64,000 nt of DNA from an uncultured Desulfosarcina sp. (GCA_963674945.2 CAXXWQ010000003.1:1568001-1632000); one strand, 5' to 3'; counted from the stretch's first letter, positions 39,110 through 49,329 are shown. Notes: a model not told the origin generated them from the sequence alone. Numbers and translations are program-made.

Positions 39110-42100
39110 TTACACGTCCTCCACGTCCCACATCCGTTGCATGAAATCTTCCTCGATGAGACGGACCTTCCAGTTTTCCCCTTCCAGGCGAAGGTTGGGC
39201 AGGTTGTTGGAACCGTTGACGTAGATGGTATCATATTCAAAATCGCGCGGATTGATGCGGATAGTCTTGAACCATTCGTCCAGCATCAGGTTGTCTTTTT
39301 CCTGGTCTTCAGTCAGTTTTCGCCAGACAACCAGGATCTTTTCGTTTTTACCGTTATCTCCCGGCACCCAACCCTCTATTTTCCGGAACCACCACGGACC
39401 GTCAGGCGTCTGCTTGCGGCCGGCCATCTTCAAACGTGTATGCTTGTCATCCGGCAGTTCAGGGTCCGGCTCTCGATAGAACTCTGCGGAAAAGGCCTGG
39501 GGCGCGTCCATGTGCTCGACACGAAGCCCTATGAGATAATTGAACGTCTCGATCAGGTCCACATTGCGGACTTCATATTCGTCCGTGCCCGGTTTCTTTA
39601 CTTTGAGCTGATAGGCCGTGGGGTCGATAAAGCTATCGATATTCAGCAAACTTCGGCTCCCACGGGTTTCCGTCTCCAGCATATAGTGGAGCATGTATTC
39701 TTCGCGCAGTTCCTTGCTTTTGGCAATGGCTTTGGCGCGGGTTTCATCTTGATTGAATTCGAGGTTGTTTAGGCAGTCTTCGTAAGATTCGAGGCGCACG
39801 ATCTTCAAAAGTGCACTCACACTATCCTTCGAACGAGGTATACCAGACTTCCAGTCGCTCGCATAAAAAGCTTTGAGGACTCGAGGCTTCATTAGCCAGT
39901 CGAAATAATGCCCCATTTCGACCAAAAGGAACTTACGGACTCCCCCGTCTTCACGATTAGCCTGAATGACCGCATGGGCCGAACTTCCACTGCCACCAAA
40001 AAAGTCCGAAAACCAGCTATTGGGCTTGGTGGATTGTACAATGAACTTTTTTACGAATTTGGAGCTTTTGGGGGACAAGAATAGTCCTGATTCTCCGAAC
40101 ATGTTTCCAAGTTCTGCCTCGCCGTCATTGTATTCATAAAAAACGCTTGTTCCAATATTGGTTTCCACTTCGTGCAGGAAACCTTTAGTCCTTGGGACCT
40201 TCTTTTCGGCCTCACCCCAAGCAATTCTATTATCTGCCTGTAGTGATTCAAATGAACGGCGATTTTCTTTTTTTGGATCGGGTTTTTCAGGAAACTTCCA
40301 ACCACTCTGAGGGTGGGGGCAAGTTTTTTTTGTAACAGGATGAATTGGTTTATAATACCTATAGTTTGGGTGGTTCGGGTCCTTTGTGGTTGGTGATTGC
40401 TTGGAAGCAGGCGCACTCGTGGGGATTTCGCTCCATACCCATATATGAGCTGCATTTGCCTCTGCCTCTTCTTCGGGAACAAACCTACCATCAGAACCAC
40501 GGTACTCTGCTCTATTATAGGGATAAAGACCTCGCCAAGGATCCTGGCGTTTCGCCTGGGCATCCCACTCCTTGCCGTTGATCTCTACCTTTTCCCGGTA
40601 TTCCTGCTTGTGCCGCAAATACAATTCCTTGATTTCTCTTTCTATGTTAGCGATGGAGGGATAATCTGGGTTCAGTTTATTCACTAACTCCATAACTTCC
40701 GAGAATCCGGGTTTGGGTTCACGGAACATCTCTTTATCGGCTTCAACAGCAGCTCGATCCTTCGCGTAAACCTCCACATATTCGTGATTTGTTGAATAGT
40801 TTGGTAGCTGGCTATTTGCTGTAGCCTGAGTCCAGATAAGCTCTTCTATGTGGTTCTCATCTCCAAAAATCTCGTCCAGCGTATGTTCCAATAAAGTTCT
40901 TTCAGTTTTATCGATACTCACAAACAGCGCTCCGTCCTTGCGAAGAAGCGAGTAGCAGGCCCCAAGTCTGTCCCGCATCAGGGTTGCAAACGAAGAATGT
41001 TTATAGTTGTTTTTATAAGGAATAGAGCTACTGTTAGTATTATATGGAGGATCGATGTAGATAGATTTGATTTCTTCTCCGAATTGCTTCGCGGCGAGGT
41101 TGAGCGCGTGAAAATTATCGGAGTGCATCATCACGCCAGTGAGGCTACTGTCGAGGTTTTCTTGAGCAGCGAGGAGTTGTTCTTGGAAGTCACTTTGAAA
41201 TAGTGATGTATCGACCGGAAGCTTCAGATTTTTTCTTAAGAAGTCGATGTTCAGAGGTTCTGAATAGCCTTCAATCTTATCGATTGACAGGAGAGAAACC
41301 CACGCACGTCGTTGTTCATCGTTTGCGGCGATAGTCGGAAAGTGCTCTTCCGGGATCCTGTCTAATGAGATGCAAAAGTGGCTATCAACAACCATCTTCT
41401 TTTTCAACCAAAGTATTTTCTGGAAGTCCTCAAGCTGGGCAAGAAAATCGATCAGCTTGCTCGCGATCCTGCGCAGCACCTTGATTTTGAAAAGATAGCT
41501 TTGGACAGCGGGTGCTTTGGCATTTTCGATATCATCAAGGCGCATCACTTCGTTTTTAATGTAAAAGTTCAGTTCCCGACTCAGGAACCCGCTGAGGTCT
41601 TTATGGATAAAATAGTCCATTGTATTGCGGGCCGTATATTGGTTCACGTACTTGGCCAGTAGAGTACGATCTTTTTGCTTGTCGGTCGGGATCGGAACGT
41701 TTAACAGCCGGGCAAATTCAGCAGCGCCTTTCATTCCATCAAGGCAATTCAAAATCTTTTTCACCGCCTCATCCATCCGTTTGCGCTGCCATACTGCGTC
41801 CTGGCCGCTTTTCTTAGAATCGGGCCGGTATTCGAAACGGATGATCAATTCACCGTTTTCCAGACTAACGGGATTGTCTTCATGGAGGATAAAATAGCGT
41901 TTTTGGCCGTTGGCGGCCTTGATATTGCCGTGCTCGCCCTCCGTGGCATCGACAATGCGAAAATGAACCCGCATGGGAGACCCCGCCTGATGGACGGATA
42001 TCGGATCGATCTTTCCTTCGGCTTCCCTGGCCTTGCTCAGATCAAAGGTAAAGTCGGTGAAATATTCACTGGTCTTGATATAGTACTGATCCTTGTTGGC

Positions 42101-42580
42101 CCAGTGCAGATAGACCTCGCTGCCGTCATAAGGCACGGCGTAGGGGGCGGCTTTGCTGGCACTTTCCCGGGCATAGTAGCGTTTGGAGAGAAAATCGCCG
42201 TTGTCATAGTAGCGTTCGAAAAAACGATAAAGGTGATCGTAAATCTCTCCCTCGGCGGTGGCTGTGTCCATGGCCGACTCCCAGCGGGCCTTGGCTTCCT
42301 TGACCTTGGGAGCCTCCTCGGGTTTTTCCGCACCGTACTGGCGGGCGGTTTCGATCTCATCCAGATACGCCTTCTTCAGATCGGCCTGTTTTTCCGATGA
42401 CGTCTCGCCGAAAGCATCGGCGATAATCTGCAGTAGGTCCTCATCCAGAAATCGGCTGACCTCATCGGCCTTGGCGTGCATGATCCGGTAAAACCCGAAA
42501 TCCAAATCCGGTTGGTTTATCTGAAATAACTCTTTCAGAAGGGTCAAAAGCTTCTGGCGTTGTTGATCGACAGTGGGCAT
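39110..42580 (-). CDS. mod: Type III Mod subunit, beta-class amino-methyltransferase (probably m6A)
   Basis: DLDFGFYRI, NTMDYFIHKDL, motif IV IYIDPPYN preceding motif I DFFGGSGS, LESYED.LNN. Confidence 0.92.
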   Translation of the reverse strand: MPTVDQQRQKLLTLLKELFQINQPDLDFGFYRIMHAKADEVSRFLDEDLLQIIADAFGETSSEKQADLKKAYLDEIETARQYGAEKPEEAPKVKEAKARWESAMDTATAEGEIYDHLYRFFERYYDNGDFLSKRYYARESASKAAPYAVPYDGSEVYLHWANKDQYYIKTSEYFTDFTFDLSKAREAEGKIDPISVHQAGSPMRVHFRIVDATEGEHGNIKAANGQKRYFILHEDNPVSLENGELIIRFEYRPDSKKSGQDAVWQRKRMDEAVKKILNCLDGMKGAAEFARLLNVPIPTDKQKDRTLLAKYVNQYTARNTMDYFIHKDLSGFLSRELNFYIKNEVMRLDDIENAKAPAVQSYLFKIKVLRRIASKLIDFLAQLEDFQKILWLKKKMVVDSHFCISLDRIPEEHFPTIAANDEQRRAWVSLLSIDKIEGYSEPLNIDFLRKNLKLPVDTSLFQSDFQEQLLAAQENLDSSLTGVMMHSDNFHALNLAAKQFGEEIKSIYIDPPYNTNSSSIPYKNNYKHSSFATLMRDRLGACYSLLRKDGALFVSIDKTERTLLEHTLDEIFGDENHIEELIWTQATANSQLPNYSTNHEYVEVYAKDRAAVEADKEMFREPKPGFSEVMELVNKLNPDYPSIANIEREIKELYLRHKQEYREKVEINGKEWDAQAKRQDPWRGLYPYNRAEYRGSDGRFVPEEEAEANAAHIWVWSEIPTSAPASKQSPTTKDPNHPNYRYYKPIHPVTKKTCPHPQSGWKFPEKPDPKKENRRSFESLQADNRIAWGEAEKKVPRTKGFLHEVETNIGTSVFYEYNDGEAELGNMFGESGLFLSPKSSKFVKKFIVQSTKPNSWFSDFFGGSGSSAHAVIQANREDGGVRKFLLVEMGHYFDWLMKPRVLKAFYASDWKSGIPRSKDSVSALLKIVRLESYEDCLNNLEFNQDETRAKAIAKSKELREEYMLHYMLETETRGSRSLLNIDSFIDPTAYQLKVKKPGTDEYEVRNVDLIETFNYLIGLRVEHMDAPQAFSAEFYREPDPELPDDKHTRLKMAGRKQTPDGPWWFRKIEGWVPGDNGKNEKILVVWRKLTEDQEKDNLMLDEWFKTIRINPRDFEYDTIYVNGSNNLPNLRLEGENWKVRLIEEDFMQRMWDVEDV

Positions 42581-42602
42581 GTTTTATCTGCTTTCCTTTC
42601 GC

Positions 42603-45491
42603 TTACTGGACTCGCCAGCGGATGGTAAACAGGGTTTCAATTCGAGTTTTCTGCTGCATGCGCTGCTCCAGGGCATCGATCAGGCGATCTCGTTTTTCGG
42701 CGATTTCGTCTTCCACATCAAAAATTCGCTGGCGTAGGGAGCGCTTTTTTCCTTCCAATTTTCGAATCTGATCCTGAAAGGCGTACTGCTCCTGCATGGT
42801 CACCGCCATTCTGGCCTGACGGCCGGTCGCCCGGATTTGGGATTTAATGTCGTCCAGTTCCTTTTCCGCAGCCACCACCATGTCGTCGGCCCATTTTTCG
42901 AGCTGCTCTCGTGCCTCGTTGAAATGGCGGTTGTTGGTTTCCAGGGAACGGGAGATGGTGGCCCGCACATGGCGCTGGGCATCGGCATCCAGCCGTTCCT
43001 GAACCGCATGATCCGGGCTACCCGTTGGCGTTTGAGAAGCCCCACAGGCAAACAGACGTTGGCAAACCTCCTGGTCCAATGGCTGGCCATCATCCCTGAA
43101 GCCGGAAAACAATAGATACTCTTCACGGTCAAAAGAATCAATACACAGGCGTTGCAGGGTAAGCCAACCGTCACCACCCTTCAGCGCTTCCACCATGGCA
43201 ATACGGGTAGGATGATTGGAAATATTGAAAGTGACTTCTGCTGTGGGCGTGGGCAGCCGAGCACCGGTACGGATGACGTGGTCCCCCAATGGATGGCTGA
43301 GCCTGTAAAGAAATGCGCCAGGAATATTGGCCTTGGATTTGGAGATCAGATGATATCGGCCCGTGTCAACCACCGGCAACGGCGAATTATGCAGGTCGAA
43401 CCATAATTCTTGGTCATTGAATGCCGCGTGTGTTTCCAGCATGAAGCGGGTCAACTCCCAGAACATGCGGCCGACATGATCCAGTTGCTGCCGGGTTCCA
43501 TTCAAATTGACCTTCAGGCGGGCATGGACATCCTCGTCAAAATGTTCCAGCAAAATTCGACGAGTGTCGCTTAACCGGCTCTGGATCATTTCATCCAATT
43601 CTGTTTGCAAAACAGAAAAGGCGGCATCGATGGCCTCGGGGGTCCGGCATTGTTGATAAATCGCCAGAATGCGGCGCTCGAAATCGACACCGGACTCAAT
43701 CGTGCCCAGCACTTCATCCGACGCACCGAAAATTCCGGAAAACAGACTGAACTTTTCTTCCAGCAGCTCGTGAACGCGGCAATCGGCGGCGTTTCTTTGA
43801 TTGAGGAAATTGATCACCACCACATCGTGTTTTTGACCGTAGCGATGACATCTGCCGATACGCTGTTCAATCCGCTGGGGGTTCCAGGGCAAATCGAAAT
43901 TAATGACCAAAGAGCAGAATTGCAGGTTGATTCCTTCAGCAGCGGCTTCCGTTGCCAAAAGCACCTGGGCTGAATCGTGGAAGGTTTCAATAATGGCTGC
44001 GCGAACATCCACCGGCCGGGAACCGGAAATGCGACCCGTATTCCGGTTTTTATCCAGCCAACGGTTATAGATTTCGGTGGTATCCGGTTCGCGGTTTGTA
44101 CCGTTGAAGGTAAGCACCTTACCGGCATAGCCGTTGGATTCCAAAAAATCCTTCAGATAGGATTGGGTACGGCGGGATTCGGTAAACACCACCGCTTTCC
44201 GTGAACCTCCGATCTCCGTCATATTTAAAAAGCCAATTTCCAGAGCAGAGAGCAGCGATTTGGCTTTGGTGTCCACGCCGATACTGTTCGCCCACAAAAT
44301 GAAACGATCCAATTCCTCGATTTCTTCATTGAGCTTGTCGATGTCAATTTCCGTGGCTTCGTTTTCATCTACTGCTTCTTCGTTATCGACGATATCCCCA
44401 AGCTCCTCCTCATCCTCTAACAATTCGTCTAACAGATCATCGTCGATCTCCTCATCGCGAATAATCCGGTCGACGATACCGGCATTTTCCAAAAAATCGG
44501 ATTTAAGCCGCCGTAACCGGTCACGCATGATTTCGAGAGTTCCCGCAACAGCCCTCGGCGACGATGCAAGGACTTTTCGGACGATGAGCGTAATCAGGTG
44601 GCGTTGCCTTCTCGGCAAAGCGTAGCTCTCATCGCGCTGAAGAAATGATGAAATCGCCAGGTATAAGTTGTGTTCGTGATCGGAGGGTTTGAAACGACGT
44701 GTAATAAGCCTTCTTTCCGTATATTTGACGTATTCCAATACCTGGCTGCGCAACGTTCGTGAGCAGAAGGCCTGCAACCGCTCTCTCAAACCTTCAAGAT
44801 CCCCTCCCACATTGACGTATTGTGTCCGGAAGGATGGTAAATCGCCAAACAGGTTTTCGTCGATAATGGTGGAAAGACCAAAGAGTTCCAACAAGGAATT
44901 TTGAAGTGGCGTAGCTGTCAGGAGAATCTTGCGGCGGTTATGGAGAGCCCGTCGCAAGTTTTGACCCATCCGATTGCTTTCACGGTAAGTATTGCGAAGC
45001 TTGTGCGCTTCATCGATCACCACCAGATCCCAAGGAATGCATTGAAGCTCACTTGCCCGGCGACTGGCGTAATGGAATGAACAGATTACCAAGGCATTTG
45101 TATCAAACGGGTTGGGATTCCCATTCAAGCAGGCATTGCGGTAACTTTTTGCATCCAGCACCACAGAAGAAAGGTTGAATTTCTCCTTTATTTCCATCTC
45201 CCATTGTTTGCGCAATGAAGCAGGGCAGATGACCAGCAGCTTCCGGCGTCTTTCCGCCCAATACTGACAAAGAACCAAGCCGGCTTCGATGGTTTTTCCC
45301 AAACCCACTTCGTCAGCCAGGACAACACCTTTCGAAATAGGGGAACGCAGGGCGAACAACGCCGCTTCTATTTGATGTGGATTTAAATCCACGCAGGCAT
45401 CAAACAAGGAGCGGGAAAGTCGATCGACGCCTTGACCGCCATTTCGGGATAATTCGTGCGCAAAGTATTTTGCATGATAGTCGGTTATCAT
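42603..45491 (-). CDS. SNF2/RapA-like helicase-ATPase
   Basis: LADEVGLGKT, VVIDEAH, LLTATPLQN, EAAAEGINLQ, DLPWNPQRIEQRIGRCHR; acidic linker; C-terminal coiled coil; GAGG RBS before ATG 45491. Confidence 0.93.
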   Translation of the reverse strand: MITDYHAKYFAHELSRNGGQGVDRLSRSLFDACVDLNPHQIEAALFALRSPISKGVVLADEVGLGKTIEAGLVLCQYWAERRRKLLVICPASLRKQWEMEIKEKFNLSSVVLDAKSYRNACLNGNPNPFDTNALVICSFHYASRRASELQCIPWDLVVIDEAHKLRNTYRESNRMGQNLRRALHNRRKILLTATPLQNSLLELFGLSTIIDENLFGDLPSFRTQYVNVGGDLEGLRERLQAFCSRTLRSQVLEYVKYTERRLITRRFKPSDHEHNLYLAISSFLQRDESYALPRRQRHLITLIVRKVLASSPRAVAGTLEIMRDRLRRLKSDFLENAGIVDRIIRDEEIDDDLLDELLEDEEELGDIVDNEEAVDENEATEIDIDKLNEEIEELDRFILWANSIGVDTKAKSLLSALEIGFLNMTEIGGSRKAVVFTESRRTQSYLKDFLESNGYAGKVLTFNGTNREPDTTEIYNRWLDKNRNTGRISGSRPVDVRAAIIETFHDSAQVLLATEAAAEGINLQFCSLVINFDLPWNPQRIEQRIGRCHRYGQKHDVVVINFLNQRNAADCRVHELLEEKFSLFSGIFGASDEVLGTIESGVDFERRILAIYQQCRTPEAIDAAFSVLQTELDEMIQSRLSDTRRILLEHFDEDVHARLKVNLNGTRQQLDHVGRMFWELTRFMLETHAAFNDQELWFDLHNSPLPVVDTGRYHLISKSKANIPGAFLYRLSHPLGDHVIRTGARLPTPTAEVTFNISNHPTRIAMVEALKGGDGWLTLQRLCIDSFDREEYLLFSGFRDDGQPLDQEVCQRLFACGASQTPTGSPDHAVQERLDADAQRHVRATISRSLETNNRHFNEAREQLEKWADDMVVAAEKELDDIKSQIRATGRQARMAVTMQEQYAFQDQIRKLEGKKRSLRQRIFDVEDEIAEKRDRLIDALEQRMQQKTRIETLFTIRWRVQ

Positions 45492-45499
45492 TTGGCCTC

Positions 45500-45595
45500 G
45501 CAATATCCAAAAGCGTTTTCAAATCCCTATCGATAGATTGCCAATCCCGGTTTAAGTTGATGGTGTGGATCATCACCATATGACCATCCATGGTT
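45500..45595 (-). pseudogene. mcrC: 3' remnant of an McrC-like (type IV restriction) gene
   Basis: TMDGHMVMIHTINLNRDWQSIDRDLKTLL resembles the McrC C-terminus (E. coli, from memory: INGFDIGLCTVNLGQEWPCIHQELLDIF); abuts the SNF2 start. Confidence 0.65.
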
Positions 45596-46485
45596 TTACC
45601 ATAGAGGTGCAAAAGAACAGGTAACAGTATTAAAGAAGGTTGGATTTCTCATCCCCCGAGCCAACGTTCCGATTAATTGTAATACTTGGAAAAGTGAACG
45701 AATGTGCAAAACAAAATTTAGTATACAGCATTCCGGGTGTCAATCGTTGTTTACAATCGGGCCTAACGTTAACATCTATAATTCAAAGGAAATCGTTCAG
45801 ACTACCTTGGTCGTCATGTTTTCCTACACCCAGCCATATTATTTCCCTAACTCATGAATTTCCAAATTTGACAGCGCTGACTAAATCTGAGAATCACCGG
45901 TTGAGTATCGTTGTCGAGAAGACCAAATTCATCAAATTTATAGCGCGCTACACCCTTATAGTGAGATGGGGTCTATTTTTCCTCTCATTTTTTATACCCC
46001 CTACCCCCATTAGCATCGTCCTCATCGTCCAAACCATCTAATATTGCTCCATCAGTCAGTCTTGAAACAGTAATCCATACCATTCATATAATAGGTTCAT
46101 TCAGTTGCTCTCCGCCTATATTCAGAGGTGATTACTCAATCGGTTGTTTAGAGGATATTTTATAGTAAATTAGTGTAACCTGCAAATTCTCGATTGTCGG
46201 GTTCTCTCGGTGGAGATATTGATAAAAGACCCATAGCACAACAATTCATAGCCTATCATACAGGGCGGCTTGTCACCACGACAGGTCGCCTTTTTCATTT
46301 CCAAACACAAGGAGACCACTATGCCAAAATCCGTAGAGATGTAATAAGATTTTTTGGATTATTTTGTCCGTCTAAACCATTTATTGAAAGGCTCAACATT
46401 ATAGTCGTAAGCGGTTTATTAACCCCATCTTCACAAAATTGTTCAGGCATGGCAATGTGTTTCCCCAAAGAAAGGAGAAGATATC

Positions 46486-46815
46486 ATGCCTGAAGACTAT
46501 GATTCATTCGATTCCAAGCAAAGGCGAAAATTTTGGGAAAATCATATCGAGAAATGGAAGATCAGCAGCCTAAGCCAAAGGGCCTATTGTAAAAAAAACG
46601 ATCTCATTCTCCATCGGTTTTACGATTGGAAACGGCGCATCATGCCCGTTGATAAAACCCGAGTTACTTTTTTGCCGGTTGCGCTCAACGGATCAGCGAC
46701 GAGGAAACATCCATCCGTTCGTATTCATACCCCCAACGGATTTACCATCGAAGTCGATGATCAAAACGGATCGATAGAAATCAACAAGCTTGTTGCAATG
46801 GTGGCTACATTATGA
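46486..46815 (+). CDS. tnpA: IS66 accessory protein TnpA
   Basis: FW..HI..W..S.LSQRAYC......FY.WKRR, FLPV. Confidence 0.88.
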   Translation: MPEDYDSFDSKQRRKFWENHIEKWKISSLSQRAYCKKNDLILHRFYDWKRRIMPVDKTRVTFLPVALNGSATRKHPSVRIHTPNGFTIEVDDQNGSIEINKLVAMVATL

Positions 46816-47159
46816 TGTTGCCCACCAATCCCAAAAGGGTCTTTCTGGCCGTGGGTAATACCGATATGCGCAAATCGATCAACGGGCTTTCGGTTTTGGT
46901 GGAACAGGCCATGGATTTGAATCCCTTCGAAGGGGACCTGTTCGTCTTCTGCAATCGGCGTCGGAACATGATAAAAATTTTATACTGGGATAAAAATGGA
47001 TTTGCTCTCTGGCTCAAACGGCTGGAGAAGCACCGTTTCCACTGGCCAACAACCACAAAAGAAGTCGTTTCCCTTAGTGCGAAAGAACTGGAATGGCTTC
47101 TCGCCGGACTGGATTATACGAATGCTCATGTGCGTTTAAACTACCGTTATGCAAGCTGA
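46812..47159 (+). CDS. tnpB: IS66 accessory protein TnpB
   Basis: TDMRKSINGL, FVFCNRRR..IKILYWD.NGF.LW.KRLE. Confidence 0.95.
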   Translation: MMLPTNPKRVFLAVGNTDMRKSINGLSVLVEQAMDLNPFEGDLFVFCNRRRNMIKILYWDKNGFALWLKRLEKHRFHWPTTTKEVVSLSAKELEWLLAGLDYTNAHVRLNYRYAS

Positions 47160-47222
47160 GAACATCCACCTGGAAGTAAAATAAGTGTGTACAAATTCAA
47201 TTGGTTATGCTATGTATCAGGC

Positions 47223-48782
47223 ATGCTTTCGGAATCGAACAACCTGCCCGATGACGCCCAATCGCTTAAGGAGATTATCTCTTCTCAGCAGCAGCAAATC
47301 GACCATCTGCAAGAAATGGTACGTCTGCTGAAGAACGAGCTGTTCGGTCGCAAAAGTGAAGTTTTGCCGGCCGTCAATCCCAACCAACTCCAGTTGTTCA
47401 AACCCGACGAAACCGCAGAGCCCGTCCTTGCCGATGACGACATCACCGTCCCGGAGCACACCCGCAAAAAGCGTGGCCGCAAACCGTTGCCTGAGGATCT
47501 GCCCCGCGTCGAGGTCCTGCACGATATCCCTGAGGCCGAGAAACGGTGTGCTTGCGGAGTTGAACTGAGCCGTATCGGCGAAGAGACCTGTGAGAAGCTC
47601 GATTATATCCCGGCAAAAATCCAGGTGATCCGTCACATCCGCCCCAAATACGCCTGCAAGGCCTGCGAAGGCGTCGAGGATGACGGCCCCACCGTTAGGA
47701 TCGCTCCGCCGCCAGAACAACTGATTCCCAAGAGCAACGCCACTGAGGGACTGCTGGCCCACATCGCTGTCTCAAAATTCGCCGATGCGCTTCCCCTGCA
47801 TCGCCAACAAAAGATATTTGACCGTCTGGGCGTTGACATCTCACGGTCAACCATGGCCAATTGGATGATTCAGGCCGCCGGTTGCTGCCAGCCGATCGTC
47901 GAATTGATGCATCAGGAGATTCGAAGCGGTCCTGTGATCAATATCGATGAAAGTCCGTTTCAGGTGCTTCAGGAACCGGGCCGCAGCAATACAACAAAAT
48001 CGTATATGTGGGTGTTTTGTGGCGGCCCGTTGGATGCCCCTGTGGTGCTTTACCAGTATCATCCCACCCGTAGTGGGAAGGTAGTGCAAGATATGATAGA
48101 AGACTATTCGGGCTATGTTCAAAGCGACGGCTACAGCGGCTATGATCAGCTGTCCCAAAAGCAAGGGATCATCCATTTAGGTTGCCTGACCCATGCCCGA
48201 CGTAAATTTGTCGAGGTGAACAAAGGGCGCAAGGCGCGCGGCAAACAAAAAGCAGCCAAGGGGCTTGCCGACGAGGCGCTGGATTACATTGGCGCATTGT
48301 ATGGCATAGAACGGTATGCGCGAGACAAGGATTTGTCGTATGAACAGATCCGTGACCTGCGACAGGAAAAGGCCAAGCCGATTCTGAAACAATTTAAAAC
48401 CTGGCTGGACACCTACCATTGGCAAGCTCCTCCGAAAAGCCTTCTCGGCAAAGCGATCCAATATTGCCTAAACCAATGGGACAAACTGGTTGTCTATATC
48501 AATGCCGGATTTCTGAAGCCCGACAACAATGTGGCTGAAAATGTCATCCGGCCATTCGTGTTGGGTCGCAAGAACTGGCTGTTTTCCGGCGCGCCCCGGG
48601 GTGCGGAAGCCAGCGCCACCTTCTTCGGTTTGATCGAAACGGCCAAAGCCAATGGGCTGGAACCCTATGCCTATCTTCGATACCTGTTCGCCAAACTTCC
48701 GCTGGCCAGGACGCGGGAGGACCATCTGGCGCTTTTGCCAAAAAATATCGACAAACAGACGCTGGCGATCCTTCGCTATTGA
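47223..48782 (+). CDS. tnpC: IS66 DDE transposase TnpC
   Basis: LFGRKSE, GRKPLP..LPR, Zn-finger cysteines, IDES, QSDGY, CLTHARRKF, DNN.AE..IR, GRKNWLF. Confidence 0.96.
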   Translation: MLSESNNLPDDAQSLKEIISSQQQQIDHLQEMVRLLKNELFGRKSEVLPAVNPNQLQLFKPDETAEPVLADDDITVPEHTRKKRGRKPLPEDLPRVEVLHDIPEAEKRCACGVELSRIGEETCEKLDYIPAKIQVIRHIRPKYACKACEGVEDDGPTVRIAPPPEQLIPKSNATEGLLAHIAVSKFADALPLHRQQKIFDRLGVDISRSTMANWMIQAAGCCQPIVELMHQEIRSGPVINIDESPFQVLQEPGRSNTTKSYMWVFCGGPLDAPVVLYQYHPTRSGKVVQDMIEDYSGYVQSDGYSGYDQLSQKQGIIHLGCLTHARRKFVEVNKGRKARGKQKAAKGLADEALDYIGALYGIERYARDKDLSYEQIRDLRQEKAKPILKQFKTWLDTYHWQAPPKSLLGKAIQYCLNQWDKLVVYINAGFLKPDNNVAENVIRPFVLGRKNWLFSGAPRGAEASATFFGLIETAKANGLEPYAYLRYLFAKLPLARTREDHLALLPKNIDKQTLAILRY

Positions 48783-49164
48783 TTCTTCTCTTACTTTCTA
48801 CCGGCCGGTTCACAATCGTCTCCCATACACATTTTCATTGCCAAGCCTATGATGTCATAATATCTGGGCTATGTGAAGATGGGGTTTATTTGACCCTTAC
48901 TTATAGTCAACATCGTTTGTTTCTTTAATTAATTTGAAAACCATTACTTCAACTACTGAATTTGGAGAATTAGGATAATTTATCATCCTTGCTTTTTGGT
49001 GCAATTCTTTGCGTTCGGAATCTGTCTTATCTGCCAATTTTTCCATGGCCTTTTTAGACATGATGACAAAGAAAGTTTTGGTAGTGCATTCAATGCAATA
49101 ACGATACAACCCATATTTTACATTCCTTAAGGAAGCGTCTTCACCACATAAGGGGCATTTAATC

Positions 49165-49329
49165 TTACTCATCGTCGTCTCTCTCACTGGATTGTTCTGT
49201 TGGATCTGGGGCTTCAACAGGTTGGACTTGATGGCAGGTTATGGGAATAGGCTTAAAAGCGCAAGGGCAGTGTGTTTTATCTGACTTCGGTAGCTTCTTT
49301 TGCGTCGGTCGGAACCGGATTACATTCAT
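49165..49329 (-). CDS. 54-aa hypothetical protein (below the ORF-track cutoff)
   Basis: GGGAGG RBS, MNVIRFRPTQKKLPKSDKTHCPCAFKP...ERDDDE*; its end overlaps the start of the zinc-ribbon gene (ATGAGTAA). Confidence 0.45.
   Translation of the reverse strand: MNVIRFRPTQKKLPKSDKTHCPCAFKPIPITCHQVQPVEAPDPTEQSSERDDDE

Larger units (their letters stand above)
46407..48900 (+). mobile_element. Complete IS66-family insertion sequence, 2494 bp
   Basis: IRL GTAAGCGGTTTATTAACCCCATCTTCACA, IRR (reverse complement) GTAAGGGTCAAATAAACCCCATCTTCACA; 8-bp target duplication TTATAGTC at 46399-46406 and 48901-48908; tnpA-tnpB-tnpC. Confidence 0.96.
46359..49172 (-). pseudogene. Small CxxC..CxxC zinc-ribbon gene interrupted by the IS66 (segments 48901-49172 and 46359-46398)
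   Basis: MSKIKCPLCG...YCIEC...NDVDY; removing the IS and one TSD copy restores the in-frame tail NVEPFNKWFRRTK* (stop 46359-46361). Confidence 0.7.

Noticed and set aside
39109..39240. N-terminal extension of the 383-aa ORF overlapping mod
   Set aside because: The coupled start at 39108, right after the mod stop, is more plausible.
40324..40331. A8 tract in mod as a phase-variation switch
   Set aside because: Short, in frame and within an AT-rich segment; no long simple-sequence repeat typical of phase-variable mod genes was seen.
34387..45491. Calling the operon DISARM or BREX
   Set aside because: No DrmA/DrmB/DrmC or PglZ/BrxC-like genes are recognisable; Mod and Res motifs fit type III RM.
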